Assembly (NCBI GenBank): GCA_963823555.1
Contig: CAWGMA010000001.1
Location: 544,001 to 608,000 of the forward strand
Reading direction: 5' to 3'
Length of the DNA stretch: 64,000 nucleotides
Source of the DNA: Candidatus Eiseniibacteriota bacterium
Lineage (GTDB): Bacteria; Eisenbacteria; RBG-16-71-46; CAVPCR01
The translations under genes and the position numbers were made by a program. The notes under the pieces are model-generated. The model did no database searches, was not told the origin of the DNA, and worked only from the letters and a program-made list of their open reading frames with translations. Shown in pieces: positions 46,306 to 56,187 of this stretch (within the stretch, counting starts at the first letter, position 1; the number at the start of each line of letters is the position of its first letter).

Positions 46306-47159
46306 TGCGTTGGCAATCCGGAAGACGCAGCCAGAATGTCGAAGATCGCCGCGGCATGGCGCCGCGGGCCATGGTGGGTGGCGGGCTGGGGCTCCTCCTC
46401 GTGATCCTGCTGGCCCTCATCTTTGGTGCCGACCCGCAATCCCTCCTCGAGCAGGTGGCCGTCCAGGAACCCGCCCCGGGGCTGGCGCCGAGCACGAGCC
46501 CCGGAGAAGACCCGATGGCCGATTTCATATCGGTGGTGCTCGGTGATACGGAGGATGTGTGGCGGGATCTCTTCGCCCGCCAGGGTTACGTCTATCGCGA
46601 GCCGACGCTCGTTCTCTTCACCGGCCAGGTGCAGTCCGCCTGCGGCTACGCCAGCGCCGCCGTCGGTCCCTTCTACTGCCCGTACGACGAGAAGTTGTAC
46701 ATCGACCTGCGCTTCTATCAAGATCTACGCGATCGCTTCCGTGCCCCCGGGGACTTTGCTCAGGCCTATGTCATCGCGCACGAGGTCGGCCATCATGTAC
46801 AGAATCTGCTCGGAATCTCCGAGCGGGTGCAGTCGGCCCGCGGCCGGGTGAGTGCGGAAGAAGCGAATCAGCTCTCGGTGAAGCTCGAATTGCAGGCCGA
46901 TTTCCTCGCCGGCGTGTGGGCTCATCACGCGCAGCGGGCGCGCAACATACTCGAAGCCGGCGACATCGAGGAGGGGCTCAGGGCGGCGAGCGCGATCGGC
47001 GACGATCGCTTGCAGATGCAGACACAAGGCTACGTGGTTCCGGAGTCCTTCACCCACGGCACGTCCGAGCAACGCGTCTACTGGTTCCGGCGCGGACTCG
47101 AGAGCGGCGACCTCCAGCAGGGCGACACCTTCAACGCCCCTGAGTTGAATCCGTCCTAG
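46305..47159 (+). CDS. ypfJ: Neutral zinc metallopeptidase, YpfJ family
   Basis: S.NVEDRRG, SACG, GPFYCP, AHEVGHHVQ, ELQAD, FTHGTS.QR..WF. Confidence 0.9.
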   Translation: MRWQSGRRSQNVEDRRGMAPRAMVGGGLGLLLVILLALIFGADPQSLLEQVAVQEPAPGLAPSTSPGEDPMADFISVVLGDTEDVWRDLFARQGYVYREPTLVLFTGQVQSACGYASAAVGPFYCPYDEKLYIDLRFYQDLRDRFRAPGDFAQAYVIAHEVGHHVQNLLGISERVQSARGRVSAEEANQLSVKLELQADFLAGVWAHHAQRARNILEAGDIEEGLRAASAIGDDRLQMQTQGYVVPESFTHGTSEQRVYWFRRGLESGDLQQGDTFNAPELNPS

Positions 47160-47174
47160 ATCAATCCCGGCGCT

Positions 47175-48245
47175 CTACACGCTGAAGCGCACCGTCATCA
47201 CATCCCCGTCGGCAAGGACGTATTCCTTGCCCTCGAGGCGGAGGATGCCGCGCTTCTTGCACGCATCGAGCGACCCGCAGGCCATCAGGTGCTCGTAGCT
47301 CACCACCTCGGCGCGGATGAACCCGCGCTCGAGGTCGGAGTGGATCTCCCCGGCGGCGGCTTGCGCCACCGTCCCCGCTTCGATGGTCCACGCCCGCACG
47401 TCCTGATCGCCGATCGTGAAGAAGGAGATGAGGCCCAGGAGCCCGTAGCAAGCGTGGACCAGACGGTCGAGCGCCGATTCGGTGATCCCGAGGTCGGCGA
47501 GGAAGGCGGGGCGCTCCTCCTCCGGCAACGCGGCGATCTCCTCCTCGATCTTGGCGGCCACCAGGAGCGGAGGATCCTCGCCCCAGAGCTCGGCAATGCG
47601 CTCGGACTCGGGCATTCGATCCTCGCTGACGTTCACCAGACGCAGGAGCGGCTTCTGCGTGAGCAGCTGGAAACCGCCGAGCATGGTTCTCTCCTCGGGG
47701 GTCAGCTCGAGCCGGCGCAGCGGGGTGCTGTCGCCGAGCGCCACTTCACAGCGCTGGAGGAGCGCATCCTCGCGCTCGTCTTCGGGTCGTTTTCCCTTCT
47801 TCATCTGCCGGCCGAGGCGTTCACGGCGGCTTTCGACGATGACGAGATCGCCGACCAGCATCTCGGTCTCCATGAGCTCGGCGTCGGCGCGCCAGGCGCG
47901 CACCTGATCGGCGAGATCAGCGGGCTGGTCGGTGAAGCCCCCGATCACCTCGAGCAGGGCGCGCGAGTTCTTGATGTGGACGAGGATCGATCCCGGCACG
48001 CCGTGCCCGCGTTCGCGCCGCAAGTCCAGCCCCGGCACGTCGAGATACTCGATCGTCGCCGGCGTGCGCTTGGCGCGCGGATAGAGGGCGTGTAGGCGGT
48101 CGAGGCGTGGATCGGGAACGCGCACGACCGAGTGGGCGACCGGCCCCCCGCCGGCCGGCGGCGCGCCCGTGCCGGAGTAAGCGGCCAGGGTGCGGAATAA
48201 CGTCGTCTTTCCCGTCCACGGCAGGCCGATGATCGCGATCTGCAT
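47175..48245 (-). CDS. ychF: YchF-family ATPase (DUF933 C-terminus)
   Basis: GLPWTGKT, VPDPRL, DVPG, LLTQKP...NVSE, FFT.G..VRAW, IHSDLERGFIRAEV, RLEGKEY...DGD. Confidence 0.88.
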   Translation of the reverse strand: MQIAIIGLPWTGKTTLFRTLAAYSGTGAPPAGGGPVAHSVVRVPDPRLDRLHALYPRAKRTPATIEYLDVPGLDLRRERGHGVPGSILVHIKNSRALLEVIGGFTDQPADLADQVRAWRADAELMETEMLVGDLVIVESRRERLGRQMKKGKRPEDEREDALLQRCEVALGDSTPLRRLELTPEERTMLGGFQLLTQKPLLRLVNVSEDRMPESERIAELWGEDPPLLVAAKIEEEIAALPEEERPAFLADLGITESALDRLVHACYGLLGLISFFTIGDQDVRAWTIEAGTVAQAAAGEIHSDLERGFIRAEVVSYEHLMACGSLDACKKRGILRLEGKEYVLADGDVMTVRFSV

Positions 48246-48270
48246 GGCATCCCATCTTGAAGAGGCTTGC

Positions 48271-48299
48271 TTGACACCCCGAGGGCCCGATTCTAGCAT
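48271..48299 (+). promoter_or_regulatory. Sigma70-type promoter for the lytS/lytR-like pair
   Basis: TTGACA-17 bp-TAGCAT, 74 bp upstream of the ATG. Confidence 0.75.
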
Positions 48300-48372
48300 C
48301 CGTGGCGGAGCGTCACGACCGTCCGGAAGCGGCGTCCAGCCAAGAAGTGGGTCCCGGTCTCCAGATCATTCC

Positions 48373-49731
48373 ATGCGCGAAGTCACTCTCACCGGCGATC
48401 AGTTCATCCTCGTCCTGGCCCTGGTCAAGCTGGGGGTGATGGCGAGCCTCACCAGCTTTCTGGTCCGATCGCGGCGTTTCGCCGGTGCGCTCTTCACCAG
48501 CCGGCGAACGGTGGGCACCCAGGCCATCATCGCCCTCTGGCTGGGTGTTCCCTTCATGCTGGGGAGCCTCCTCCGCGTGATCCTCAACTACCAGGCTCTC
48601 GACCTGAGTCTCGAGGGTGCGTACGTGGCCGGGCTCGTGGGCGGCATCCACCCCGGGCTCCTGGTCGGTGCCCTGGTCGGGGCGCCGGGTCTCGTCCGCG
48701 GGGAGTGGCTGGCGCTCCCGGCCATGGTCACGGTCGGCGCCGTCGGTGGCCTCGTGGGTCGCGGGCGGCTCCTGGGAGAATCGATCTGGGAGTTCTCGCC
48801 GATCCCGCCGCTCGATGTCTACCAGACGCTCCGCCGCGCGGTCACCGGCCACGGTCTCGACCCGCGGGGAATCCTCACCGGGACCGCCCTCGTCCTCTGC
48901 ATCGCCCGCGACTCGGTCAGCAGCCTGAAACCGAACTGGCTCTACAGCGTCCAGCCCGACCACGTCGGCACGCGGATCGCCGTGTGGGCCGGGGTACTCT
49001 CCGCCATCGGCATTGCCATCAAGGTCTTCAACTCGGAGCGCATGGAGACCAAGCTCGAGGACCAGGCGCGGCTCCTTGCCCAGGCGCGTTACGATGCCCT
49101 TCGCAGCCAGATCAATCCGCACTTCCTCTTCAACACGCTCAACTCGATCAGTTCATCGATCCGTACCAACTCGGATCGTGCGCGGGAGATGATCGTCAAG
49201 CTGTCGGCCATTCTCCGCAGAGCTCTCGAGCCTCACGAAGATCTGGTTCCCCTCCGGGACGAGCTCCAGTTCATCGATGACTATCTCGACATCGAGACCG
49301 TGCGCTTCGGTCCGCATATGCTGCGGGTCGTCAAGGAAATCGACCCGTCCTTGCTCGGGGTTCCGGTGCCATCGATGATGCTGCAACCGCTGGTCGAAAA
49401 CGCGATCAAACATGGCATAGCCGCCTCGCTCAAGGGTGGCACCATCCTGATTCGTGCCGAACGCCAGGATGGCCAGCTCCTCCTGACGATTGCCGATGAC
49501 GGGGTGGGGATGCCGATCGAACGCGCGTCGGAGGTCCTCACGCGAGGTATCGGCGTGCGCAACGTGAACGAGCGGCTGCGCGTGATGTACGGTCCGGACC
49601 ACGGTCTCGAGCTCACCAGTCGCCCCGGGTTGGGCACCGAGGTGCGCATTGCCATCCCGACCAGCGAAGCGGTCCAGGGGAGCGTACGTGGCGGCGAGCC
49701 GGCGAACGGATCCCCGATCCGAGCCCGTTGA
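48373..49731 (+). CDS. LytS/YehU family sensor histidine kinase
   Basis: N-terminal TMs, LRSQINPHFLFNTLN, LQPLVENAIKHG, DDGVG, GIG.RNV..RL. Confidence 0.93.
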   Translation: MREVTLTGDQFILVLALVKLGVMASLTSFLVRSRRFAGALFTSRRTVGTQAIIALWLGVPFMLGSLLRVILNYQALDLSLEGAYVAGLVGGIHPGLLVGALVGAPGLVRGEWLALPAMVTVGAVGGLVGRGRLLGESIWEFSPIPPLDVYQTLRRAVTGHGLDPRGILTGTALVLCIARDSVSSLKPNWLYSVQPDHVGTRIAVWAGVLSAIGIAIKVFNSERMETKLEDQARLLAQARYDALRSQINPHFLFNTLNSISSSIRTNSDRAREMIVKLSAILRRALEPHEDLVPLRDELQFIDDYLDIETVRFGPHMLRVVKEIDPSLLGVPVPSMMLQPLVENAIKHGIAASLKGGTILIRAERQDGQLLLTIADDGVGMPIERASEVLTRGIGVRNVNERLRVMYGPDHGLELTSRPGLGTEVRIAIPTSEAVQGSVRGGEPANGSPIRAR

Positions 49732-49754
49732 CTCCGGCCTACCAGGAGGTCTTC

Positions 49755-50564
49755 ATGCGCACGCGCAACGAAACGGCGGACACGACCCAACCCATCACCC
49801 GGCTGCGGGTCGTCGTTGTCGATGATGAGCCACTTGCCCGCGAGGAGCTCGTGCACCTCCTGGCCAGCTTTCCCGAGATCGAAGTGGTGGGCGAAGCGCA
49901 GAACGGTGTTGAGGCGGAGGCGCTCATCGAGCGCCTGCGGCCGCACATCGCCTTTCTCGACATCAAGATGCCGGGGGCCGACGGGTTCCAGGTGGTCAAG
50001 AACCTCGATCGCCGGCAGATCGCTCCCCAGATCATCTTCGTGACCGCCTACGATCAGTATGCCATCCGGGCCTTCGAGGTGAGCGCCACCGACTACCTCC
50101 TCAAGCCGGTCGAGAAGAAGCGGCTCAAGGCGGCCATCGAGAAGGTCAAGGGCCGCCTCGGTCAGGTCGATGCCGGCGCTCCCGATCTGGAAGCCCTGAT
50201 CGGGGTCCTCAGCCGGCGCGGCGAGCACTTGAAGCGGATCCCGGTGCGGCGCGGAGAACGGCTGGGGCTCATCGATTCCGAGTCCATCGTCTACGCCTAT
50301 ATCGCCGACGGCACGGTGTATGCCGTCACCCAGACGGCCAGTGAGGTGACCGGCTACCGGACGCTGGAAGAGCTGGAGGCCGATCTCGACCCGGATGTCT
50401 TCATCCGCGTGCATCGCAGCTATCTCGCCAACATCAACAAGGTCGTCGAGATCATTCCATGGTTCTCGGGCACCTACCGCTTGAAGACGGCCGACAAGAC
50501 CGGCACCGAGATCCCGCTGTCCCGGGCTCAGGCCAAGCGCCTGCGCCGTCTCCTCAAGTGGTGA
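49755..50564 (+). CDS. LytTR family response regulator
   Basis: VDDE, FLDIKMP, FVTAYD.YA..AF, DYLLKP, F.RVHRSY..N; RBS AGGAGG. Confidence 0.94.
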   Translation: MRTRNETADTTQPITRLRVVVVDDEPLAREELVHLLASFPEIEVVGEAQNGVEAEALIERLRPHIAFLDIKMPGADGFQVVKNLDRRQIAPQIIFVTAYDQYAIRAFEVSATDYLLKPVEKKRLKAAIEKVKGRLGQVDAGAPDLEALIGVLSRRGEHLKRIPVRRGERLGLIDSESIVYAYIADGTVYAVTQTASEVTGYRTLEELEADLDPDVFIRVHRSYLANINKVVEIIPWFSGTYRLKTADKTGTEIPLSRAQAKRLRRLLKW

Positions 50565-50586
50565 GATCGGAGCCTGCCGGCCAAGC

Positions 50587-50620
50587 GAAAGGGCTCGCTG
50601 CTCGAGCAGCGAGCCCTTTC
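50587..50620. terminator. Perfect 34-bp palindrome, bidirectional terminator
   Basis: GAAAGGGCTCGCTGCTC|GAGCAGCGAGCCCTTTC between convergent genes. Confidence 0.8.
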
Positions 50621-50643
50621 TCGTTCCTGGGTTCGGCCTGACT

Positions 50644-51696
50644 CTACGGCATCACGTCGGGCAGGGTGGCCCGGTAGGGAACGAGCTGGAAGATCGCGCC
50701 GTCGGTATCCACTCCCTGGCCTGGAGGCTGCTGGGCGTTCAGCATGTCGGGTTCGATCGAGATCATTACCCGCTCGAGATCGAGCGGCTCGGGGAGTCCG
50801 TCGCCGTCCGAATCGCCGGGATTGACCGCACCCGTGAGGGTTGCATCGCCGACGATGTTGGGATTGAAGCGGGCGATGCTCAGGTACCGCGGCGGGGAGG
50901 TGTCGTCGTCAACGAACCAGGCCTGGTAGATGAGTCCCGGATCGGCTGGCGGCGAGCTGCGAGTGAAGTATGGCATACGCTGGAACTGGAGCTGGAACTC
51001 GCCGGTCGCGGCGTTGAGGAGCGCCTCTCCATCGAGGGTGCTGAAGTCACCGGCCTCGGGCGTGCCGACGTTAAGCGGCATGATGACCGTCACCGTCGTG
51101 TCCGCGACTGCGGGCAGATCGCCGTTCGAAACGAGGATGTGCGAGTAGCCCACGGTGTTGGGGTCCGGATCCGGATCCTGCTCGATGGCGAGGAGGAAGG
51201 TGACCCCGTCGGTGAAGTCGAGCGTGTCGGGCATCGGCTGGCCCTGGGCCAGCGGCATGCCCGTGGACAGGAGTTCGAAGCCCCCGGATCGCATGTAGGT
51301 GAATCGCGCCACCCCGGTCGGGAACTCCGGATCCTGATTGGTGGCTGGGATGCGGAAGCGCCCGGTGGAGATGTAGCCTCGCGACTCCCCGGTGTCGGGG
51401 TAGCTGATCCAGCCCTCGTAGGCCCACCCCAGCTGGCCCGAAGCCGGGCCCGTGAGCACGGGAAGGCCGGTCACGGCCACGGTGATCTGGTTGCCGCCAG
51501 GCTCGATCGTGAGATCGCCCGCGGCAACGAGGGCCGTTCGCGAATCGTAGACGACGGGGACCACCCGCTGATTCGCCGTCAGACGAGGGGGATCATCCAC
51601 ATCACAGGCGACGATGGCCAGGGCGAGGAGAGCGGCAAGTACCACGGCCGCCTGGATGGGCGGACGGCGGGGTGGCCGAGACGGGTCATGGCGCAT
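50644..51696 (-). CDS. Hypothetical lipoprotein with two repeated RskA-like beta domains
   Basis: Lipobox IVAC; duplicated YEGW..YISTGRF..LAIEQD and YQAW..YLSIARF..ISIEPD. Confidence 0.72.
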   Translation of the reverse strand: MRHDPSRPPRRPPIQAAVVLAALLALAIVACDVDDPPRLTANQRVVPVVYDSRTALVAAGDLTIEPGGNQITVAVTGLPVLTGPASGQLGWAYEGWISYPDTGESRGYISTGRFRIPATNQDPEFPTGVARFTYMRSGGFELLSTGMPLAQGQPMPDTLDFTDGVTFLLAIEQDPDPDPNTVGYSHILVSNGDLPAVADTTVTVIMPLNVGTPEAGDFSTLDGEALLNAATGEFQLQFQRMPYFTRSSPPADPGLIYQAWFVDDDTSPPRYLSIARFNPNIVGDATLTGAVNPGDSDGDGLPEPLDLERVMISIEPDMLNAQQPPGQGVDTDGAIFQLVPYRATLPDVMP

Positions 51697-51960
51697 GATT
51701 GAAAACCCGTAGGGGAAGGTGAACATCGAGCACAGTAACATGTGGGAAGCTGGGAAGATAGGGGAGCGGAGCCGAGTTGTCAAGGCGTGCCCGGTCGCCC
51801 CCCGCGGCCGGTTGAGCACCGGGGCGGGTAGGGGGTAAACTCCGCCCGGTCTTGAGCCTTCCCCCCGCAGCGGCGCTGGTTGTCCCGCCGCCCCCATTCG
51901 CGTCCTCAGTTGACCGCGGCCGCGCCATCCTCGCCGGGCGGGCGGCGCCGAGGTGATCTC

Positions 51961-52752
51961 ATGTCCAGGTCCCGACGATCCAATCCGGGAAACCGCCTCA
52001 CAGGCAAGCGGCTGGTCGCCGTTTTCGCCCACCCCGATGACGAGACCTTCGGCCCCGGGGGCACCTTCGCGCGCTATGCGGCTGCCGGGGTCGAGATGCA
52101 TCTCGTCTGCGGCACGCGAGGGGAGGCTGGATCGATCGGACACTCGCGATCCTATGGTCCCGAGCTTCTCGGGCGGATCCGGCAAGCGGAGCTGGAGGCC
52201 GCAGCCGAGGTCCTCGGTTTCCGCGGGTTGACCTTTCTCGGTTACCAGGACGGGCGAGTGTCGGCGGTGGACAAGGAACGCGGCATGGCCGATGTCTACC
52301 GCGTGCTCCAGGCGGTCCAACCCCACGTTGTCGTGGCCTTCCACCCCACCGGGATCTCCGGGCATGTCGATCATCAGACCATGACCGCGTTCGCCACGGC
52401 GGCGGTGGAGCGACTGTGGACCGAGGGAACAGGGGATCCGGATGACCACCGCACGGACCTCCAGCTGCATTACTACACGATTCCGGCCTCCGTGGTGCGC
52501 CAGATCCAGTTCCGCGAGATGCCTCTCGTGCCGGATGAGGACATCACGATCGAGCTCGACACGGCGGCGTTCGCCGAGGTCAAGCGTCGCGCCATCTTCT
52601 GCCACAAGACTCAGCTCGCCTTTTACGAGCGTCTGAGGAGCGTGCCCGGCCCGGATGGGCGGTTCGCGATCGAACGCTACGTGACGCACCGGGCGGCGCC
52701 GCGCGCCCGGCGCGGGACCGATCTCTTCGCTGCCAACGGGCGTCCAGGTTAG
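51961..52752 (+). CDS. PIG-L family deacetylase (MshB/BshB-like)
   Basis: AHPDDE, TRGEAG, R..EL..AA..LG, GHVDH, CHKTQ. Confidence 0.9.
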   Translation: MSRSRRSNPGNRLTGKRLVAVFAHPDDETFGPGGTFARYAAAGVEMHLVCGTRGEAGSIGHSRSYGPELLGRIRQAELEAAAEVLGFRGLTFLGYQDGRVSAVDKERGMADVYRVLQAVQPHVVVAFHPTGISGHVDHQTMTAFATAAVERLWTEGTGDPDDHRTDLQLHYYTIPASVVRQIQFREMPLVPDEDITIELDTAAFAEVKRRAIFCHKTQLAFYERLRSVPGPDGRFAIERYVTHRAAPRARRGTDLFAANGRPG

Positions 52753-52797
52753 CCGTGTCCCCCACGGGAGCGCGCGCGGATGGGGCCGCGGCTGCGA

Positions 52798-54733
52798 TCA
52801 GGCTTCCTCCTCCGGCTCGTGATCAGGCTCCTCCCACGCGCTTGCATCCGAGGCCGGGTGGAAGAAGTCATGGATCTCCCGGGCCGCGCCGCGTCCGATT
52901 CCGGGCACCTGGGCGAGCTCCTCGACCGATGCCTCCTTCACCGCAGCGAGCGAGCCGAGCGTGGTCAGGAGGGCGCTCCGCCGCCGGGGACCGATTCCGG
53001 GAATGGCCTCGAGCTTGGAGAGCGTCAGACTCCGCCGCTTGAGTTGCCGCTGATACGTGATGGCAAAGCGGTGCGCCTCGTCTCGGATGCGAACCAGAAA
53101 GTGATTCTCGGGTGAATCCTGGCGCAGAACGATCGGTTCATCACGGTCGGCCGTGTAGACGCGTTCCTCCGTTCGGATCGCGGCCGGAGCCCGGTCGCTC
53201 CCGCCGAGCGCCGGGCGCCGCTTTCGCCGGGACTTGGCTAGCCCGATGACATCGATATCGACCACGTTGTGCTCGGCCATCACTTCGCGCACCCGGTCGA
53301 GCTGGCCCTTGCCACCATCGATGATGAGGAGATCGGGTAATGATCCTTCTTTGATCCCCCGCTCGAGGCGACGGGAGAGCACCTCGGCGAGGGCGCCGAA
53401 GTCATCTCCCGGCTGCGCCGATCGCACGCGATAGCGCCGGTAGCGGTCCTTGTCGGCCACACCCCCGACAAAGGTCACGCGCGAACCCACTGTCTCCCGG
53501 CCCCCGAGGTGCGAGATGTCATAACATTCGATGACCTCGGGTGTGCTGTTCAGGGTGAGTTTCTCGCGTAGCGACTCGAGGAGCTCCGCGTGGCGATCGC
53601 GCTCGGCGCGGCTCGTGACCAGCGCCTGGGCCGCGTTCCGGTTCGCGATCTCGACCTGGGCTCGCTTGTCCCCTCGCTTGGGGACCCGGATGCGAACGGC
53701 ATGTCCCGACTTCTCCCCGAGCCACTCGCCGAGCACCGATTCATCCTCGATCTCGACCGGCACCAGGATCTCGGACGGGACCATCTTCTCGCCATCATAG
53801 AACTGCACGAGAAAGCTCGATAGGAGTTCGCCCACCGGCATCAGGGCGCGGAACCGGTGGGCCGTCGAGTGCGCCAGCTTGCCCTCGCGAAAGAAGAGCG
53901 TCTGGATCGCCAACTCACCGCCTTCCCAGTGGTAGCCGAAGACGTCACGGTCGTAGCTTTCTCCGGTCACCTCGGTGTGCTGCCGCTCGACGGTGAGTTC
54001 GATGGCGCCCATGCGATCGCGGAGCTCGGCCGCCTCCTCGAAGCGTCGCGCTGCTGCGGCCTCCTGCATCCGGCGCCGCAGCTCCTCGAGCACCGAGCGG
54101 TTGCGACCGCGCATGAACTGAATGAGCCCCTCGACATAGCTCCGGTAGATGTCTTCGCCCACGATGGTCGACGCAAGGAGCGGAACACATCCGGATGTCG
54201 TAGTAGACGCAAGGACGATTTCGATTGGCTAGAGTGTGATCTGTGCACAACCGGAGCGGGAAGACCCGCTGCAGGGCCCTGATCGTCGCACGCAGCTTGT
54301 CGGCCGAGGAGTAGGGTCCGAAGTAGAGGGCACCGTCGTCCTTCGCCCCCCGCGTCACCAGGGCCCGTGGCCAGCGGTGATCGACGTTGATCTTGAGGAT
54401 GACGTAGGATTTGTCGTCTCGCAGCCGCACGTTGAATCGCGGCTTCGCCTTCTTGATCAGGTTGTTCTCGAGGAGGAGCGCGTCCTTCTCGGTCGTGGTG
54501 ACCAGGTACTCGATATCGACCACGCGGTCGACGAGGAACTCGACCTGATAGCGCCCGTCGCCGGTGGTGCGGAAGTACGAGCGCACGCGGCTATGGAGGT
54601 CCTTGGCCTTGCCGATGTAGAGGACCTCGCCGGTGCTGTCGCGCATGAGGTAGACCCCGGGTGAGCGCGGGGCCTGGTCGAGACGCTCGGCCAGGCGGGG
54701 AGTGATCGGGATCGGGAGGTCGTGTTCCGTCAT
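52798..54733 (-). CDS. uvrC: Excinuclease ABC subunit C; one frameshift near 54165 as assembled
   Basis: GIY-YIG PGVYLM..YIGKAK.L..RV.SYF, N.RLRDDK.Y, then IECYDISH, DLLIIDGGKGQ, RDEAHRFA and HhH motifs in the next frame. Confidence 0.93.
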
Positions 54734-54894
54734 GGCTTCGGCGGTTGCTTCCGCGCGGGTAGCGCCTTAAGATCCTCATCTCATGATGTGCTCGCGTCGC
54801 GCCAGGTCGAACCTGGCCCTCGCTTGAAGCATAGACCACCGGTCGCTCCGGCGTCGCGCTGGAGCACGATCCCCCCGCCGAGACCTCAAGTGCC

Positions 54895-55716
54895 ATGGAA
54901 GTGATGATCGGTTCCACGCGCCTCGACCTCGTCGAGGGCGATCTGACCGCGCTCCCTGCGGATGCCATCATCAACCCCGCGAATGCGGAGCTCCAGCTCG
55001 GCGCGGGGGTCGCCGGCGCGATCCGGCAGCGGGGCGGCCCGGCAATCCAAGCGGAGTGCGCCGCTCTGGCGCCGATCGCCGTGGGGCAGGCGGTCCTGAC
55101 CGGTGGGGGCGCGCTCCCCGCGCGGCACGTGATCCATGCGGTGGGGCCGCGCTGGGGGGAAGGCGACGAGGACGAGAAGCTCGCCCGGGCGACCCGGGCG
55201 AGTCTCACCCTGGCCGAGGAGCGCGGGCTCGGCTGGGTGGCGTTTCCAGCCCTCTCCACCGGTGTGTTCGGATTCCCCATCGACCGGTGTGCCGCGATCA
55301 TGCTGGGAACGGTGATTGCCTTCCTGCTTCCCGGGAGCCACCTCCGGCGCGTGACCTTCAGCCTGTGGGGAGCCGAGGCCTATCAGGTCTTTGCAGCCGA
55401 ACTGGCCCGGCACGACCTGGGCGGCGGAAATCGCCTCCCACCCGGGCCAGAAGCCGCGGAGGCCGGGAGCATCGTTGTCGAGCTGCTTCTCTTCGCCGTA
55501 CTGCGCGATGCCATCGGCACGGACCGCGTGCGCCTCACTCTCCCCGCGCCAGCCACGGCCGGTGATGCCCTGGCCGCCGTCGTGGCGCGTCATCCGGCAG
55601 TGGCGCAGCACCAGCCGAGCCTCCGGCTCGCGGTCAATTGCGAGTACGCGGACCCGGGCCGAGAGCTCGCAACCGGGGATGAAGTGGCGCTCATTCCCCC
55701 TACGTGTGGCGGATGA
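54895..55716 (+). CDS. Macrodomain (MacroD-type) fused to MoaD/ThiS ubiquitin-like sulfur carrier
   Basis: N-terminal GDLT...DAIINPAN..L..GAGVAGAI, HVIHAVGP, FPALSTGVFGFP. C-terminal LLLFA.LRD..G, LAVN.EY, GDEVALIPPTCGG-stop. Confidence 0.9.
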   Translation: MEVMIGSTRLDLVEGDLTALPADAIINPANAELQLGAGVAGAIRQRGGPAIQAECAALAPIAVGQAVLTGGGALPARHVIHAVGPRWGEGDEDEKLARATRASLTLAEERGLGWVAFPALSTGVFGFPIDRCAAIMLGTVIAFLLPGSHLRRVTFSLWGAEAYQVFAAELARHDLGGGNRLPPGPEAAEAGSIVVELLLFAVLRDAIGTDRVRLTLPAPATAGDALAAVVARHPAVAQHQPSLRLAVNCEYADPGRELATGDEVALIPPTCGG

Positions 55717-56144
55717 CGCCGGTCTCGCCGCCGCGTGTCGCGCTGTCCGCGACGACGATCGACGCGGCCCAGGTGGCGGGCCTCGTCGCCGGTAGCGGCG
55801 CCGGGGGCCTGGTCCTCTTCATCGGGACCGTGCGTGACGAGAACCGCGGGCGGGCCGTCATCCGTCTCGTCTACGAGGCCTACGCGCCGATGGCGATCAA
55901 GGTCATCGAGAGGGTCGCAGCCGAAGCCCGCGACCGATTTGCCGTTCTCGATGTCGCCGTACACCATCGCACGGGTGAGCTGGCCCTGGGCGACGTGGCC
56001 GTGGTGGTCGCGGTGGCTGCGGTGCATCGTGCGGAGGCCTTCGTTGCCTGCAAGTATGTGATCGATGAGCTCAAGACGCGGGCGCCGATCTGGAAGAAGG
56101 AGATCTACCGGGACGGTGAATCGTGGTTGAGTCACGGTCCCTAG
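55713..56144 (+). CDS. moaE: Molybdopterin synthase catalytic subunit
   Basis: F.GTVR, L.YEAY.PMA, HR.G.L, HR.EAF..C...IDELK..APIWKKE; ATGA overlap with the fusion gene. Confidence 0.93.
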   Translation: MTPVSPPRVALSATTIDAAQVAGLVAGSGAGGLVLFIGTVRDENRGRAVIRLVYEAYAPMAIKVIERVAAEARDRFAVLDVAVHHRTGELALGDVAVVVAVAAVHRAEAFVACKYVIDELKTRAPIWKKEIYRDGESWLSHGP

Positions 56145-56187
56145 CGCATGGTGGGTGGATGGTCCCGGACGGACGAAGGGGAATCGG

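Noticed and set aside
50644..52689. 681-aa version of the minus-strand lipoprotein ORF
   Set aside because: The upstream half is the antisense shadow of the PIG-L gene; the signal peptide and lipobox support a start at 51696.
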